A DNA stretch of 63,694 nt, the filler included. It is 3 parts of 3 records of this genome, joined end to end, with 100 filler letters (N's around TTAATTAATTAA, not from the genome) between each part and the next. Parts side by side here need not be neighbours in the genome. Positions count along the whole stretch, not along the records: positions 23,312 to 34,348 come from DRR378314_101; positions 34,449 to 63,694 come from DRR378314_103; 1 more part is not named here. The stretch is one strand, 5' to 3'. Both the position numbers and the translations under genes were made by a program. This document shows positions 27,501 to 38,336 of this stretch, piece by piece. How positions within the stretch are numbered: the stretch's first letter is position 1; the number at the start of each line of letters is the position of its first letter. The notes under the pieces are model-generated. The model worked only from the letters and a program-made list of their open reading frames with translations. It did no database searches and was not told where the DNA came from.

Positions 27501-30500
27501 GGCAAAGCCTTTGAAGCTCCCCAGGGAGAAGCAGAGGAGGCGTTGGCAGCAGTCTGGGCCGACGTAATCGGCTGCGACCAGGTGGGACGTAATGACAACT
27601 TCTTCGAGCTGGGTGGCGACTCCATTCTCAGCCTGCAGATCGTCGCGCGCTCGCGCAAGCGTGGCTACAAGGTAACGCCCAAGCAGTTGATGGAAGGGCA
27701 GACTATTGCCGCCGTAGCGGCGATGGCCACTCCCTTGGCGGCTACCAACCCTAAACAAGTGGCTGTACCAGATAAGGTCGCCCCCTTCGCACTGCTGCCG
27801 GTACAGCGCTGGTTCTTCGAGCAGAACTTCGCCGAGCCACATCACTGGAATCAGTCGTTGATGCTGGAAGCGGCCAGTGATGTAGATGCCGCGCTGCTAC
27901 GGCGTGCCATTGAGGCAGTGGTAGATCACCATGGTGCCTTGCGGCTGCGCTATGAGCGCGTTGGCGATAGCTGGCAACAAGTCTATGGCAAGCTGGCTGG
28001 TGATCTCTTCGAGCACCTCGACCTGAGCGATCATGCAGATCTGGCGCAGGCTATCACCCAGGCCGCCGGCACTGCGCAACACAGCCTAAGCCTGGAGCGG
28101 CCGTTCCGTGCCATCTGGATGGAACTGGGAGGCGAGTATGGTGGGCGATTGCTGCTAGTAGCTCACCACCTAGTGGTAGACGGCGTCTCGTGGCGCGTGA
28201 TTCTCGACGACCTGCAAACGGCCTACACGCAGTTAAGTGCAGCAAAGGCGCTCGATCTGCCACCAGCCACCACCTCGCTTGATGAATGGGCGCGCGCCCT
28301 GGCCGACTACGCCACATCGGAGGCGTTGGCTGAGCAACGCCCCTATTGGGAAGGTCTTGTCAAAGAGCCGGAGCCTAGCCTACCGGCACAGAATCTCCTG
28401 GGCAGCAACACCGTTGCCGATACCGCATCACTTGCCGGCAGCTTGTCTACTGAGGCAACCATACAACTGCTGGGGCCAGTGCATAAAGCCTACCGCACCC
28501 AGGTGGATGATCTGCTCCTCACTGCACTATCGAGCGCCCTGTGCCAATGGGCGGAGCGAGACAGTGTACTAATCGAACTGGAAGGCCATGGCCGCGAAGA
28601 CCTGTTCGACGGTATCGATCTCAGTCGCAGCGTGGGCTGGTTCACCTCGCTCTACCCGGTTCGCCTGACGCCAGGTAATGCGGAACCGGGCTCGAGCCTA
28701 AAAGCCATCAAGGAGCAGCTTCGCCAAGTGCCCGACAAGGGGCTTGGCTACGGCGTGTTGCGCTATTTGAAAGAGGAACCCGCGCTGGTCGGCGGTGCCT
28801 ACCCCCAGGTCACCTTCAATTATCTAGGCCAGTTTGACCGCTCCCTGCAGGGCGATGCGGCCTGGCGGCTAGCCAAAGAGAGCACAGGGCAGCCACGCGC
28901 GCCGCAAAGTGAACGCCGTACCTGGATTGAGGTGGTGGCCTGGGTTCAGAAGGGCCAACTGCGCTTTGACTGGAATTACAGTCGTGAGATTCACAGCGAG
29001 GCAGCGATGCATGCCTTGCAAGCAAGCTTCCAAGCGCAACTAGAGGCACTTCTTGAACACTGTGCTAGCGGAGTTCGTGGCGCTACGCCATCGGACTTCC
29101 CGCTGGCGGGGCTGAGTCAAGGGCAACTGGACGATTTGAGGTTGGATGTCGCCAATGTTGAGGACATCTACCCGTTGGCGCCGATGCAGCAAGGGCTGCT
29201 ATTGCATACCCTGCTCAATCCGGGCGCGGGTATGTACATGATGCAGGATCGCTATCGGTTTGCTTCGCCGATTGATGTCAATGCTTTCGAGAAAGCATGG
29301 CAGCGAGTCGTCGAACGGTATGAGGTGCTACGTACAGGGTTTGTTTGGCGCACCGAAGAGATGCAGTTGCAAGTGGTGTATCGGCAAGCCCCTTCACCCG
29401 TGGAATATATCGATTGGCGCGGCATCGACGAGGATGAGGCCGATCGTCGCTTGTCGGAGTTATTGCGTCAGGAACTTGATGATGGCTTCAATCTGGAACG
29501 GCCACCACTGCTAAAGGTACGCCTTATTCAACTGGCGGAGAACCTGTTCTACGTCGTACAGAGTTTCCACCATATCCTGATGGATGCCTGGTGTCGTTCC
29601 CTGCTGCTCAGCGATTTTTTCCACTACTACGATGCCTATCGTCTCGGGACGAGTCACGAGTTGACGCAACCAAGGCCATATCGTGATTTTATTGCTTGGT
29701 TGCAGCAGCAGGATGCCAATGTGCTACGCAACTATTGGCAACATGAGCTTGAAGGTTTCGATGAGGTAACGCCGATTCCTTATCTTAAACCGCACGGTTC
29801 GCTCGACAGTGTTGCCACAGTGGCTGATGTATTCTCCTCGCTCTCCCACGATGAGAGTGCGGGACTACAGAGCGTTGCCCGACAGCATCAATTGACTATC
29901 AATACAATCGTACAAGGGGCATGGGCACTGCTGTTAGGGCGGCTTTCTCAGGTGGATGACATCCTATTCGGCGTGACAGTAGCTGGGCGTCCGCTAGAAC
30001 TGGAGGGCATACAGGAGACGATGGGGCTGTTTATCAACACGATTCCTCTACGTGTGTCAGCCCCTGCGCCGCAAACATCCGTCCTTGATTGGCTACAGGC
30101 GCTATTGGCGAAAAACCTGGAGATACGTCAATACGAGCACCTACCGTTAGTCGAAATTCAATCGTTGGGAGAGCGGTCACAAGCACGCAGCCTATTCGAT
30201 AGCCTCTTTGTATTCGAAAATGCGCCGATAGATGCCAGCATAATGGAGAAAATCCATGATCTTCATGTGTCTATCAAGGGCAACCGTACCCACACTAATT
30301 ATCCCTTGACCGTAGTGGTGGTGCCTGGCGAGCAGCTGATGCTGCAGCTCTCCTACGACGCCCGAAAGTTTGACGGCTCTGAGGTCGAGAGACTGCTCTC
30401 GGGCTTCCGTCAAATCCTCTGGCAAATTATTGACAGACCTGACGCTCCCTATCATGAATTGGAAATATTGCCGGTAGATGAGATAGAGGTGCAGCGGGCA

Positions 30501-33500
30501 CAGTGCAGTGGGCAGTCGGTTGCTTACCCCTTTGAGCGAGGCTATATCGGCTTGTTCCGTGAGCAAGTACGACAGCATCCACACCAAGTGGCCGTTCGCC
30601 ACCAGGGAGAGTCGCTCACTTATGATCGGCTAGAAGGCACCTCTAATCGCATTGCCCAGGCGCTGCGGCAAGCAGGGGTGAAGAAGGATGATGTCGTAGC
30701 CCTGCATGCCGAGCGTGGCTTGGCGTTACCGAGCATGATTCTGGGCACGTTTAAGGCTGGCGGTGCGTATCTAGCGCTGGATACCCGGCTTCCTGATCAG
30801 CGTATCGTCGATATGCTGGCGTCCAGCCAGGCATCAGTTCTGGTTGTCACCGCTGGGCAGACACAGCGTCTCGAAGCTGTGCTTGCATCCATGCCCAACC
30901 CGCCGCAGATGTTTGTGTTTGAGGAACTAGCCGTGGCGGAAGGGCTAGAGGGTGATATCACCGTACCGGTGCACCCTGATCAGGCTGCCTATGTCATCTA
31001 TACCTCTGGTTCCACCGGCGAACCCAAGGGTGTCGTCGTTAGCCATCGTGGCATGCTCAATAACCAGTTGAGTAAGGTTCCCTACCTGGATCTGTCGGCC
31101 AGCGATGTCATTGCCCAGACTGCAGCGCTGAGTTTCGATATCTCCGTCTGGCAAACGCTGGCGGGGCTGTTGTGTGGTGCTTGCATCGAGATCGTGCCTA
31201 ATGAGATTGCACGCGATCCCAGTGCGTTGCTCCCTTATGTGCGCGACAACGGCGTCACGGTACTGCAAAGCGTACCTGCAGTGATCCAGGGAATGTTGAA
31301 TACTGCCTCAGTCGACCTGCCAGCACTGCGCTGGCTGCTGCCCACGGGCGAAGCCTCCACGTCTGAGCTAGTGCGCCAATGGTTTGCGCGCTACCCGACG
31401 ATCCCATTGGTCAATGCCTATGGCCCTGCAGAATGTGCTGATGATGTATCCCTGCACTTACTGCGTAGCGACGATGACGAGCACGTAGCCGTGGTGCCAA
31501 TCGGTAAACCGGCCGACAACACCCAGTTAATCGTCCTCGACAATCAACTGAACCCACTACCAATAGGGGTGAGTGGCGAACTATATGTCGCCGGTGTCGG
31601 TGTTGGGCGGGGTTACCTGAATCAGCCGAAGCTGACGGCCGAGCGCTTCGTGCCCAACCCGTTTGCCGATGTGCCTGGGGAGCGGCTCTACCGGACAGGC
31701 GATCTGGCCTGCTATCGCACCGATGGGGCGCTTGAATACATCGGGCGCACCGATCAACAGGTCAAAATACGGGGCCAGCGCATTGAGTTGGGAGAGATAA
31801 CGTCTCGGTTGGTGGAGTTCGATGTAATACGAGAAGCGGTAGTGGTGGCCCAGGAAGGGCCAGGAGGAGCTAGGTTAGTGGCTTATGCCGTCGCCCAGCC
31901 ACATGAGTCGATTGATGCGACCGAGCTACGCGAACGCCTGGGGCAAGTATTGCCCGACTATATGGTGCCAAGTGTGGTGGTGATGCTCGATGCCTTGCCA
32001 CTAACGCCCAACGGCAAGGTGGATCGCAAGGCATTGCCCGAGCCTGACTTCGCTAGTAGCTCGCAATACGAGCCGCCCCAAGGTGAGATTGAAGAGACAC
32101 TAGCAGCGATTTGGAGTGAGGTGCTGGGTGTCGAGCTGGTAGGGCGCTACGACAACTTCTTCGAGTTAGGGGGGCATTCGCTGCTGGCACTGAGTGTGCT
32201 TGAGCGTATGCGGGTTCGAGGCCTGGAGTCTCAAGTACGGACGTTGTTCCAGTCGCCAGAACTAGCGGCCTTTGCCAAGGCGCTGTCCCTAGAATCTGAT
32301 AGGAAAAAACTGGTTGTACCGCCCAACAGGATTCCAGAGCATTGTCGGTCGATCCAGCCGGAGATGCTGACGCTGATCGATTTGGATATAGATGAAATCA
32401 GTCGCATAGAAGATGCAGTGTCAGGCGGGGCGATCAATATCCAGGATATCTACCCTCTGGCACCATTGCAGGAGGGCATCCTTTTCCATCACCGATTACA
32501 GCAAGAGGGTGACACTTATGTACTCGCTTGCCTGCTGGGTTTTGATAGTAAGGAACGACTTGAGCAGTTCGTTGCCGGTTTCAATCAACTTATTGCCCGT
32601 CACGATATTTTGCGCACTGCAGTACTCTGGGAAGGGCTTCATGAACCAGTGCAAGTAGTGTATCGGTACGCCTCCCTAGAGGTGGAATGGCTGGAAATGG
32701 AAGAAACCAGTGTTTCGTGCAGCGTTTCCGAGCGACTAAATGCTCATGTTGATCCTGAACATTATCGCATCGATGTACGCCAGGCGCCGATGGTGCGAGT
32801 TATTGCGGCACAAGATGCTGAGCAAGGACGATGGCTACTGCAACTGCCCAGCCACCACTTGGTGCTGGATCACACCACACTTGATCTGCTAGTGGACGAG
32901 ATTGCCCTAATCCAGCAAGGACGAGAAGGTGAGTTACCCAAACCGCTGCCATTCCGAAACTTCGTAGCACAGGCAAGGTTGGGAGTGAGTCAGACAGAGC
33001 ATGAAGCCTTCTTTAGAGAAAAATTGGGCGATGTTGAGGAGCCTACTGCTCCATTCGGATTACTGGATGTACGTGGCGATGGCAGTGGTATTGAGGAGAT
33101 TCGCTTACCACTGACAGCAGAACTGGCCCAACAAGTTCGACAGCAGGCACAGCGACATGGTGTCAGTACCGCTACCCTATTTCACCTAGCCTGGGCGCAA
33201 GTGCTGAGTAAAACGACCGGGCGGGACAACGTGGTGTTCGGCACCCTACTATTTGGCCGTATGCAAGGTAGTGAAGGCGCCGAAAGAGCACTTGGGATGT
33301 TCATTAACACGTTACCTATTCGTATTAGACTAGGTACTAACAGCGTGGGCGACTGTTTACGCCAGACCCATAGTGAGTTGGCCGAATTGTTGAACCATGA
33401 GCATGCTAGTCTCGGACTAGCACAGCGATGCAGCGGAGTAGGTGGAGGATCACCACTGTTCTCAACCTTATTGAACTATCGTTATAGTACTCTGGAGAGG

Positions 33501-34348
33501 GAGAATGCAACTAGCCGGGCGTGGGAAGGGATGAAAGCCCTGGGCAATCGAGGTCGTACTAACTACCCAATTGTGATGTCAGTAGACGACCTTGGGGAGG
33601 GGTTTCAACTAGTGGGGCAGGTTAGCCGCAAACTCGGGGCTCAGCGGTTGTGTGATTATATGTGTGCGGCACTGGTCGGCATTGTAAATAGTCTTCAAAA
33701 GGCGCCTCAGCAATCATTAAGTGACATAAGCCTGCTAGGAAAAGACGAACGGCAATTGTTGAGCGAGTGGGGCGAGAACTCACTCCAGCATCCCAGTGGT
33801 CAGCCAGTCCACCAAATGATTGAATGCCAAGCCATGAAGACGCCAGAGGCAATGGCATTGATCTTCTCAGAGCACCGTCTCAGCTACGGCGAGCTTAATA
33901 TTCGTGCCAACCGTTTAGCGCACTATTTGATTGGCTTGGGTGTGCGCCCTGAAACCCGGGTAGGTATTGCCGCAGAGCGTTCCATTGAGATGGTGGTGGG
34001 GCTTCTGGCTATTCTTAAGGCGGGAGGCGCCTATGTGCCGCTAGACTCTGAGTATCCCATGGAGCGGTTGGCCTTTATCGTCGAAGATAGTGGCATTGAG
34101 CTGCTGCTGACTCAGCATCACTTGCGCGAGTCATTGCCAGTAGCTGATAGCCTAAGCGTTGTTGAGTTGGATCGTCTGGATGTGGCACATCACGCCTCTA
34201 TCAATCCAAAGGTGGCGATCCATGGGGAGCATCTTGCTTATGTGATCTATACCTCAGGCTCCACCGGGCGGCCTAAAGGTGCCGCTATCCGCCATGATGC
34301 CTTGACCAATTGCATGGCCTGGATGCAGGAGACCTACCAGCTCACCGA
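24504..34348 (+). CDS. NRPS, 3'-truncated: C-A(Asp)-T-E-C-A(Dab)-T-dual E/C-A(partial); probably siderophore-type
   Basis: HHIACDG; A1 ADLGHT/VLKIV/NHYGPTETTVG; T GGDS; E HHLVVDGVSW + EGHGRE; C HHILMDAWCRS; A2 FDISVWQ/PTGEA/NAYGPAECADD; T GGHS; HHLVLDHTT; A3 YTSGSTG. Confidence 0.95.
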
Positions 34349-34448
34349 NNNNNNNNNNNNNNNNNNNNNNNNNNNNNNNNNNNNNNNNNNNNTTAATTAA
34401 TTAANNNNNNNNNNNNNNNNNNNNNNNNNNNNNNNNNNNNNNNNNNNN
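34349..34448. other. Artificial contig linker
   Basis: 44 N + TTAATTAATTAA + 44 N. Confidence 0.97.
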
Positions 34449-35378
34449 GCAAAAGGTGTTGTAGCCGCCCATGCAGACAACACCGGCCGCTCCGGCGAAC
34501 AGAGTTTCGATCTGGGATTCAAAGCCAACGGCAGTAACCCGACCATTCAGCGCGGCAACGCGGGTCTCAAAATCTTCGCGCAGTTCTCCTGACAGGAAAG
34601 GCCCGTAGACCAGAACCGCACGCGGCGATAGGTCTGGGTCTTTCTCATAAGCAGACAACACAAGATTAACCATCGCTTTGCCATCACCACCGCCACCGGG
34701 GGTGATCAGGATATAGGGTTGTTCGGGCGGTTCGCCGATAGGCCCCAGATCACGCCGCAAATACCCTGTCCAATGAATACGCTGTTGCGTCGCCGGGTTG
34801 AGCGGCAGGCCTTGCGTCGGGTCGTAGACGGACCGCAGCCCATACACCCAGATCTCATCATAGAACCGTTCGGTCGCGGCTATGGCTTCTTTGCGTTTCC
34901 ATTCGGCGGCCAGAACGTCGGGCTCATCCAGAACATCGCGTAGGCCCAGTATCAGCTTGGTGGAACATGAGTTTTCAAGATATTCAAGTGTCGGCAGCAG
35001 TTCGCCACGAAATCCGGTTGGTTCTTTGTCGACGATCAGAACATCAGGGTCGAATTGCTCAACCGCTGTCTGAATTAGGCTTGAACGCAGCTCGGTCACG
35101 TCGTCGATTCCCATACCGATGGTCTGCGAGGCATATGAGCCATCTGCACGCTTGGTGACACCGGGCAGGCGAACGTGGTCGACCCGGTGCGGAAACGTGA
35201 ACCGGCCTGCCACGGGCGAGCCGGTCAGAATCAAAGCCGAGGCACGCTGATCAGCTTGAGTAATGGCGGCAGCCAGAGCCCGAGACCGGCGCAAATGACC
35301 CAGACCGAACGTGTCGTGACTGTAGAGCAAGATGCGAGGCGCGCGGCCGTGATGTTCGTTTTTGTTACCTAGGCTCAT
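34449..35378 (-). CDS. GT-B glycosyltransferase (GT28-like), 3'-truncated
   Basis: YSHDTFGLGHLRR, TPGGGGDG, MGGYNTFC. Confidence 0.88.
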
Positions 35379-35760
35379 GCCTTCGCCCGTTTTGGTTCCG
35401 ATGCAACTCCGCGCGTTTGCACCTGATTATCCCATTTCTTTTGCGTCCGCTTGCCCAAGGCAGGGAATTTGCCTTGCAAATGCGCCAAACATTGCGATTT
35501 GGCAACAGCATAATGGCCGATCAGCCACCAAAGTGCCGCACAGACTAACGTGGCGATTACTCAATCTGACCAAATAAGCGTGCACAATTATCGCATAGGC
35601 GGTGATATTCAATTTTTGAATGTTTGGAAACACTTTATCCAGTCGATTGCGCAGAAGTCACTGACCTTACACGAAGTCGTATACTTACGCGTGGAAAATT
35701 TGAACAGCCGAGCGAGGTTCTGTAGTCTTGCCTACAACTGTGAATTAGGTGCAACACACT

Positions 35761-38148
35761 ATGAAAATGAATGTTCTGGCCGGGCTGGTTCTGGCGCTTT
35801 GGGCTGCGATGCTTGCGTGCGTATCCGAAGCGACGGCACAAACCTCGCTGATACCGGGATATCCCACAGGATCATCCGAAGAAACCAGCACAACCGCCTC
35901 GGATGAAGAGGGCGATCTAGCCGCTGCCATCCGTTCAGCCACCGAAGCAGGCGCAAGTGTTATTGTCATTGATAGCGTCGGGCAATTGGTTTCGACGCCC
36001 GGTGGTACAGACGCTACGGCCGCGTCGGAAGATGCTGATCCGATGGCGGATGGTTCTCAGTTGATGAGGGCGCAGGAGCGGTTCTCGAAATTCCGGGACT
36101 CTGTCCGTTCACGACTGGAGGCGCTGCCGTATTCTGTTTTTGAGGTGCAGTACGTCCTGAGGCAAACAAGCCCGGATGGCCGTATTCAGACCTATGTCGA
36201 GGTTTTGGCCTGGAACATTGTTTTCCTTCTGTTGGGTCGCTGGCTATCGACCGAGATCTACGGCAAGCGGTTCGCCAAGCGGTGGGTCGTGGCCCGTATA
36301 AAGGAAAACCCCATAGGCTATCGCGAAAAGATGCCCTTCCTGGTTTATCGTTTCGTGATGGGTATCGGCGGTACGGTCTTTGCCATGCTGATGGCGCTGA
36401 TCGTAGGATATCTGTTTTTCGGAGAAGCCGAGGATATATCCATTCAGTTCACTGTTACGGCGATCTTCACCGCGTTTTTCCTGTCGCGCACGGTTGCAGA
36501 TCTATGGCGGATGATCCTGTCGCCGTTTCTCAGCCAATATCGCTTGCCTCCGTTCTCAGACCGAGATGCGAAGCGGTTGTACAGGTGGGCCTCAGCTATC
36601 GCGACTTATGACATCTCGGTCGTTTTGTTTGCCACTTGGGTGGCGGATTTCGGGCTGAACTACAATGTCTACGCCATGGTTTATGGTGGTCTGACACTGG
36701 TCGGGGCGCTGGGCAATGTCCTGATGATCTTGTTCAATGCACGTGCGATTTCGCATGCGATCCGAGGTGGACGCATGCCTGATCAGGTCTCTTGGATCTT
36801 GCGATTTATCTCATTCGCCTGGGCTCCGGTTTTGATGCTGTACATCGTATTTAGCTGGTTCAAACTGGCGGTGGACCTGGTTCTTGAAGTCGAGGATTCG
36901 ATCCCGATCGTCGCCAGCAGCTATGCAATCTTCATGTCGGTTGTTGTTGCCTATGGTGCGATGAATTACCTGCTGGAGCGTTATTTCGACCGCAATCGTC
37001 AGATTGAGGAACTGAACGCCGATGCAGATGAAGCCGATGCCGGAGATATGGCTGAGGTCGCCACGCCCGAAGCTGAAAAGCGCAAATACGCTATTTTGAC
37101 CTACGAAGACCTTGCCCGCAGGGTGGCTGGCATTCTGGCTTTTGTCGTTGGGCTTTATGCGTTGGTTGTTATTTGGAACCCGCAAGCCAATTGGAGCGAT
37201 GACCTACCGGTCGAGCGGGCGCTTGATATGATGGTGATCCTGTTCATTGGCTATATTCTGTTTCACTTCTTCCGTGTCTGGATCGACAGCAAAATCGCGG
37301 AAGAGGTTGTCGACGGTGCCGCTGATGCGGAGCTTGGTGACGAAGGGGGGGAAGGCGGGCAAAGCCGGCTGGCAACTCTGCTTCCTTTGTTCAGGGGGGC
37401 TATTCTTGCCGTAGTTGTAGTCACCATCGCCCTGATTGCTCTGATGGAACTTGGGATCAATGTCAGCCCGCTGTTTGCCGGTGCTGGCGTCGTTGGACTG
37501 GCCGTTGGATTCGGGTCGCAAACGCTGGTGCGTGATATCTTTTCAGGGGCGTTCTTCCTTATGGATGATGCCTTCCGAAAGGGTGAATATATCGACATCG
37601 GGGATGTGAAGGGGACAGTCGAGAAAATTTCGATCCGTTCGTTTCAATTGCGCCATCACCTAGGGGCGTTGAACACGATTCCCTTTGGTGAGATCAAAGT
37701 GCTGACGAACTATTCTCGTGACTGGGTGATCATGAAGTTACCGCTGCGGGTGACTTACGACACCGATGTCGAGAAGGTGCGGAAACTGATCAAGAAGCTG
37801 GGCCAGGAATTGCTGAGCGATCCTGTGATCGGTGAAAACTTCATTCAGCCGCTGAAATCGCAGGGCGTGATTGAAATGCAGGACTCGGCAATGATCATCC
37901 GGGTCAAGTTCATGACCAAGCCGGGTGATCAATGGCTGGTGCGCAAAAAGGTCTATCAGGATATTCGAGAGTTGTTCGCCCGCGAAGGTATCCGATTCGC
38001 GCATCGCGAAGTCACCGTCCGATTGGCCGATGGCAAGGAGACGGAAGACCTGACACCGAAACAGCGTGAAGCGGTGACTGGTGCTGTTCAGGCGGCGATT
38101 GACGAAGATTATCTGGATGATATCGGCCCCGGGGGCGATGACCGCTAG
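35761..38148 (+). CDS. Large MscS-family mechanosensitive channel
   Basis: Many TMs; GAGVVGLAVGFGSQTLVRDIFSG...FRKGEYI...GTVEKISIRS. Confidence 0.92.
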   Translation: MKMNVLAGLVLALWAAMLACVSEATAQTSLIPGYPTGSSEETSTTASDEEGDLAAAIRSATEAGASVIVIDSVGQLVSTPGGTDATAASEDADPMADGSQLMRAQERFSKFRDSVRSRLEALPYSVFEVQYVLRQTSPDGRIQTYVEVLAWNIVFLLLGRWLSTEIYGKRFAKRWVVARIKENPIGYREKMPFLVYRFVMGIGGTVFAMLMALIVGYLFFGEAEDISIQFTVTAIFTAFFLSRTVADLWRMILSPFLSQYRLPPFSDRDAKRLYRWASAIATYDISVVLFATWVADFGLNYNVYAMVYGGLTLVGALGNVLMILFNARAISHAIRGGRMPDQVSWILRFISFAWAPVLMLYIVFSWFKLAVDLVLEVEDSIPIVASSYAIFMSVVVAYGAMNYLLERYFDRNRQIEELNADADEADAGDMAEVATPEAEKRKYAILTYEDLARRVAGILAFVVGLYALVVIWNPQANWSDDLPVERALDMMVILFIGYILFHFFRVWIDSKIAEEVVDGAADAELGDEGGEGGQSRLATLLPLFRGAILAVVVVTIALIALMELGINVSPLFAGAGVVGLAVGFGSQTLVRDIFSGAFFLMDDAFRKGEYIDIGDVKGTVEKISIRSFQLRHHLGALNTIPFGEIKVLTNYSRDWVIMKLPLRVTYDTDVEKVRKLIKKLGQELLSDPVIGENFIQPLKSQGVIEMQDSAMIIRVKFMTKPGDQWLVRKKVYQDIRELFAREGIRFAHREVTVRLADGKETEDLTPKQREAVTGAVQAAIDEDYLDDIGPGGDDR

Positions 38149-38236
38149 GAGGGCTCCCGCCGCTTTGGATTGCGTCTCTGACGAGACGCCAACCAAAGCG
38201 TTGGGCCAAGCCACGCGTTCCGCGCGGTGGTTGGTC
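38149..38236. repeat. Palindromic REP-like intergenic element between convergent genes
   Basis: GGAGGGCTCCCGCC head; CGCTTTGG..GCGTCTC-TGAC-GAGACGC..CCAAAGCG hairpin (38161-38200); second hairpin at 38205-38235. Confidence 0.55.
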
Positions 38237-38336
38237 TGCGGTGCGTTCAGTTGTCTTTAAATTATGCGCACCACTTGTCGCGACCGACTGATGGGAGAAA
38301 CTGCGAAGCAGCGATCCAACACAAATCGGAGGTGGG

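Noticed and set aside
23940-32180. Near-identical DNA stretches (e.g. GGCAAGGTGGATCGCAAGGC; GAAGCGGTxGTGGTxGCCCAxGAAGG)
   Set aside because: Conserved A/T-domain motifs shared between NRPS modules
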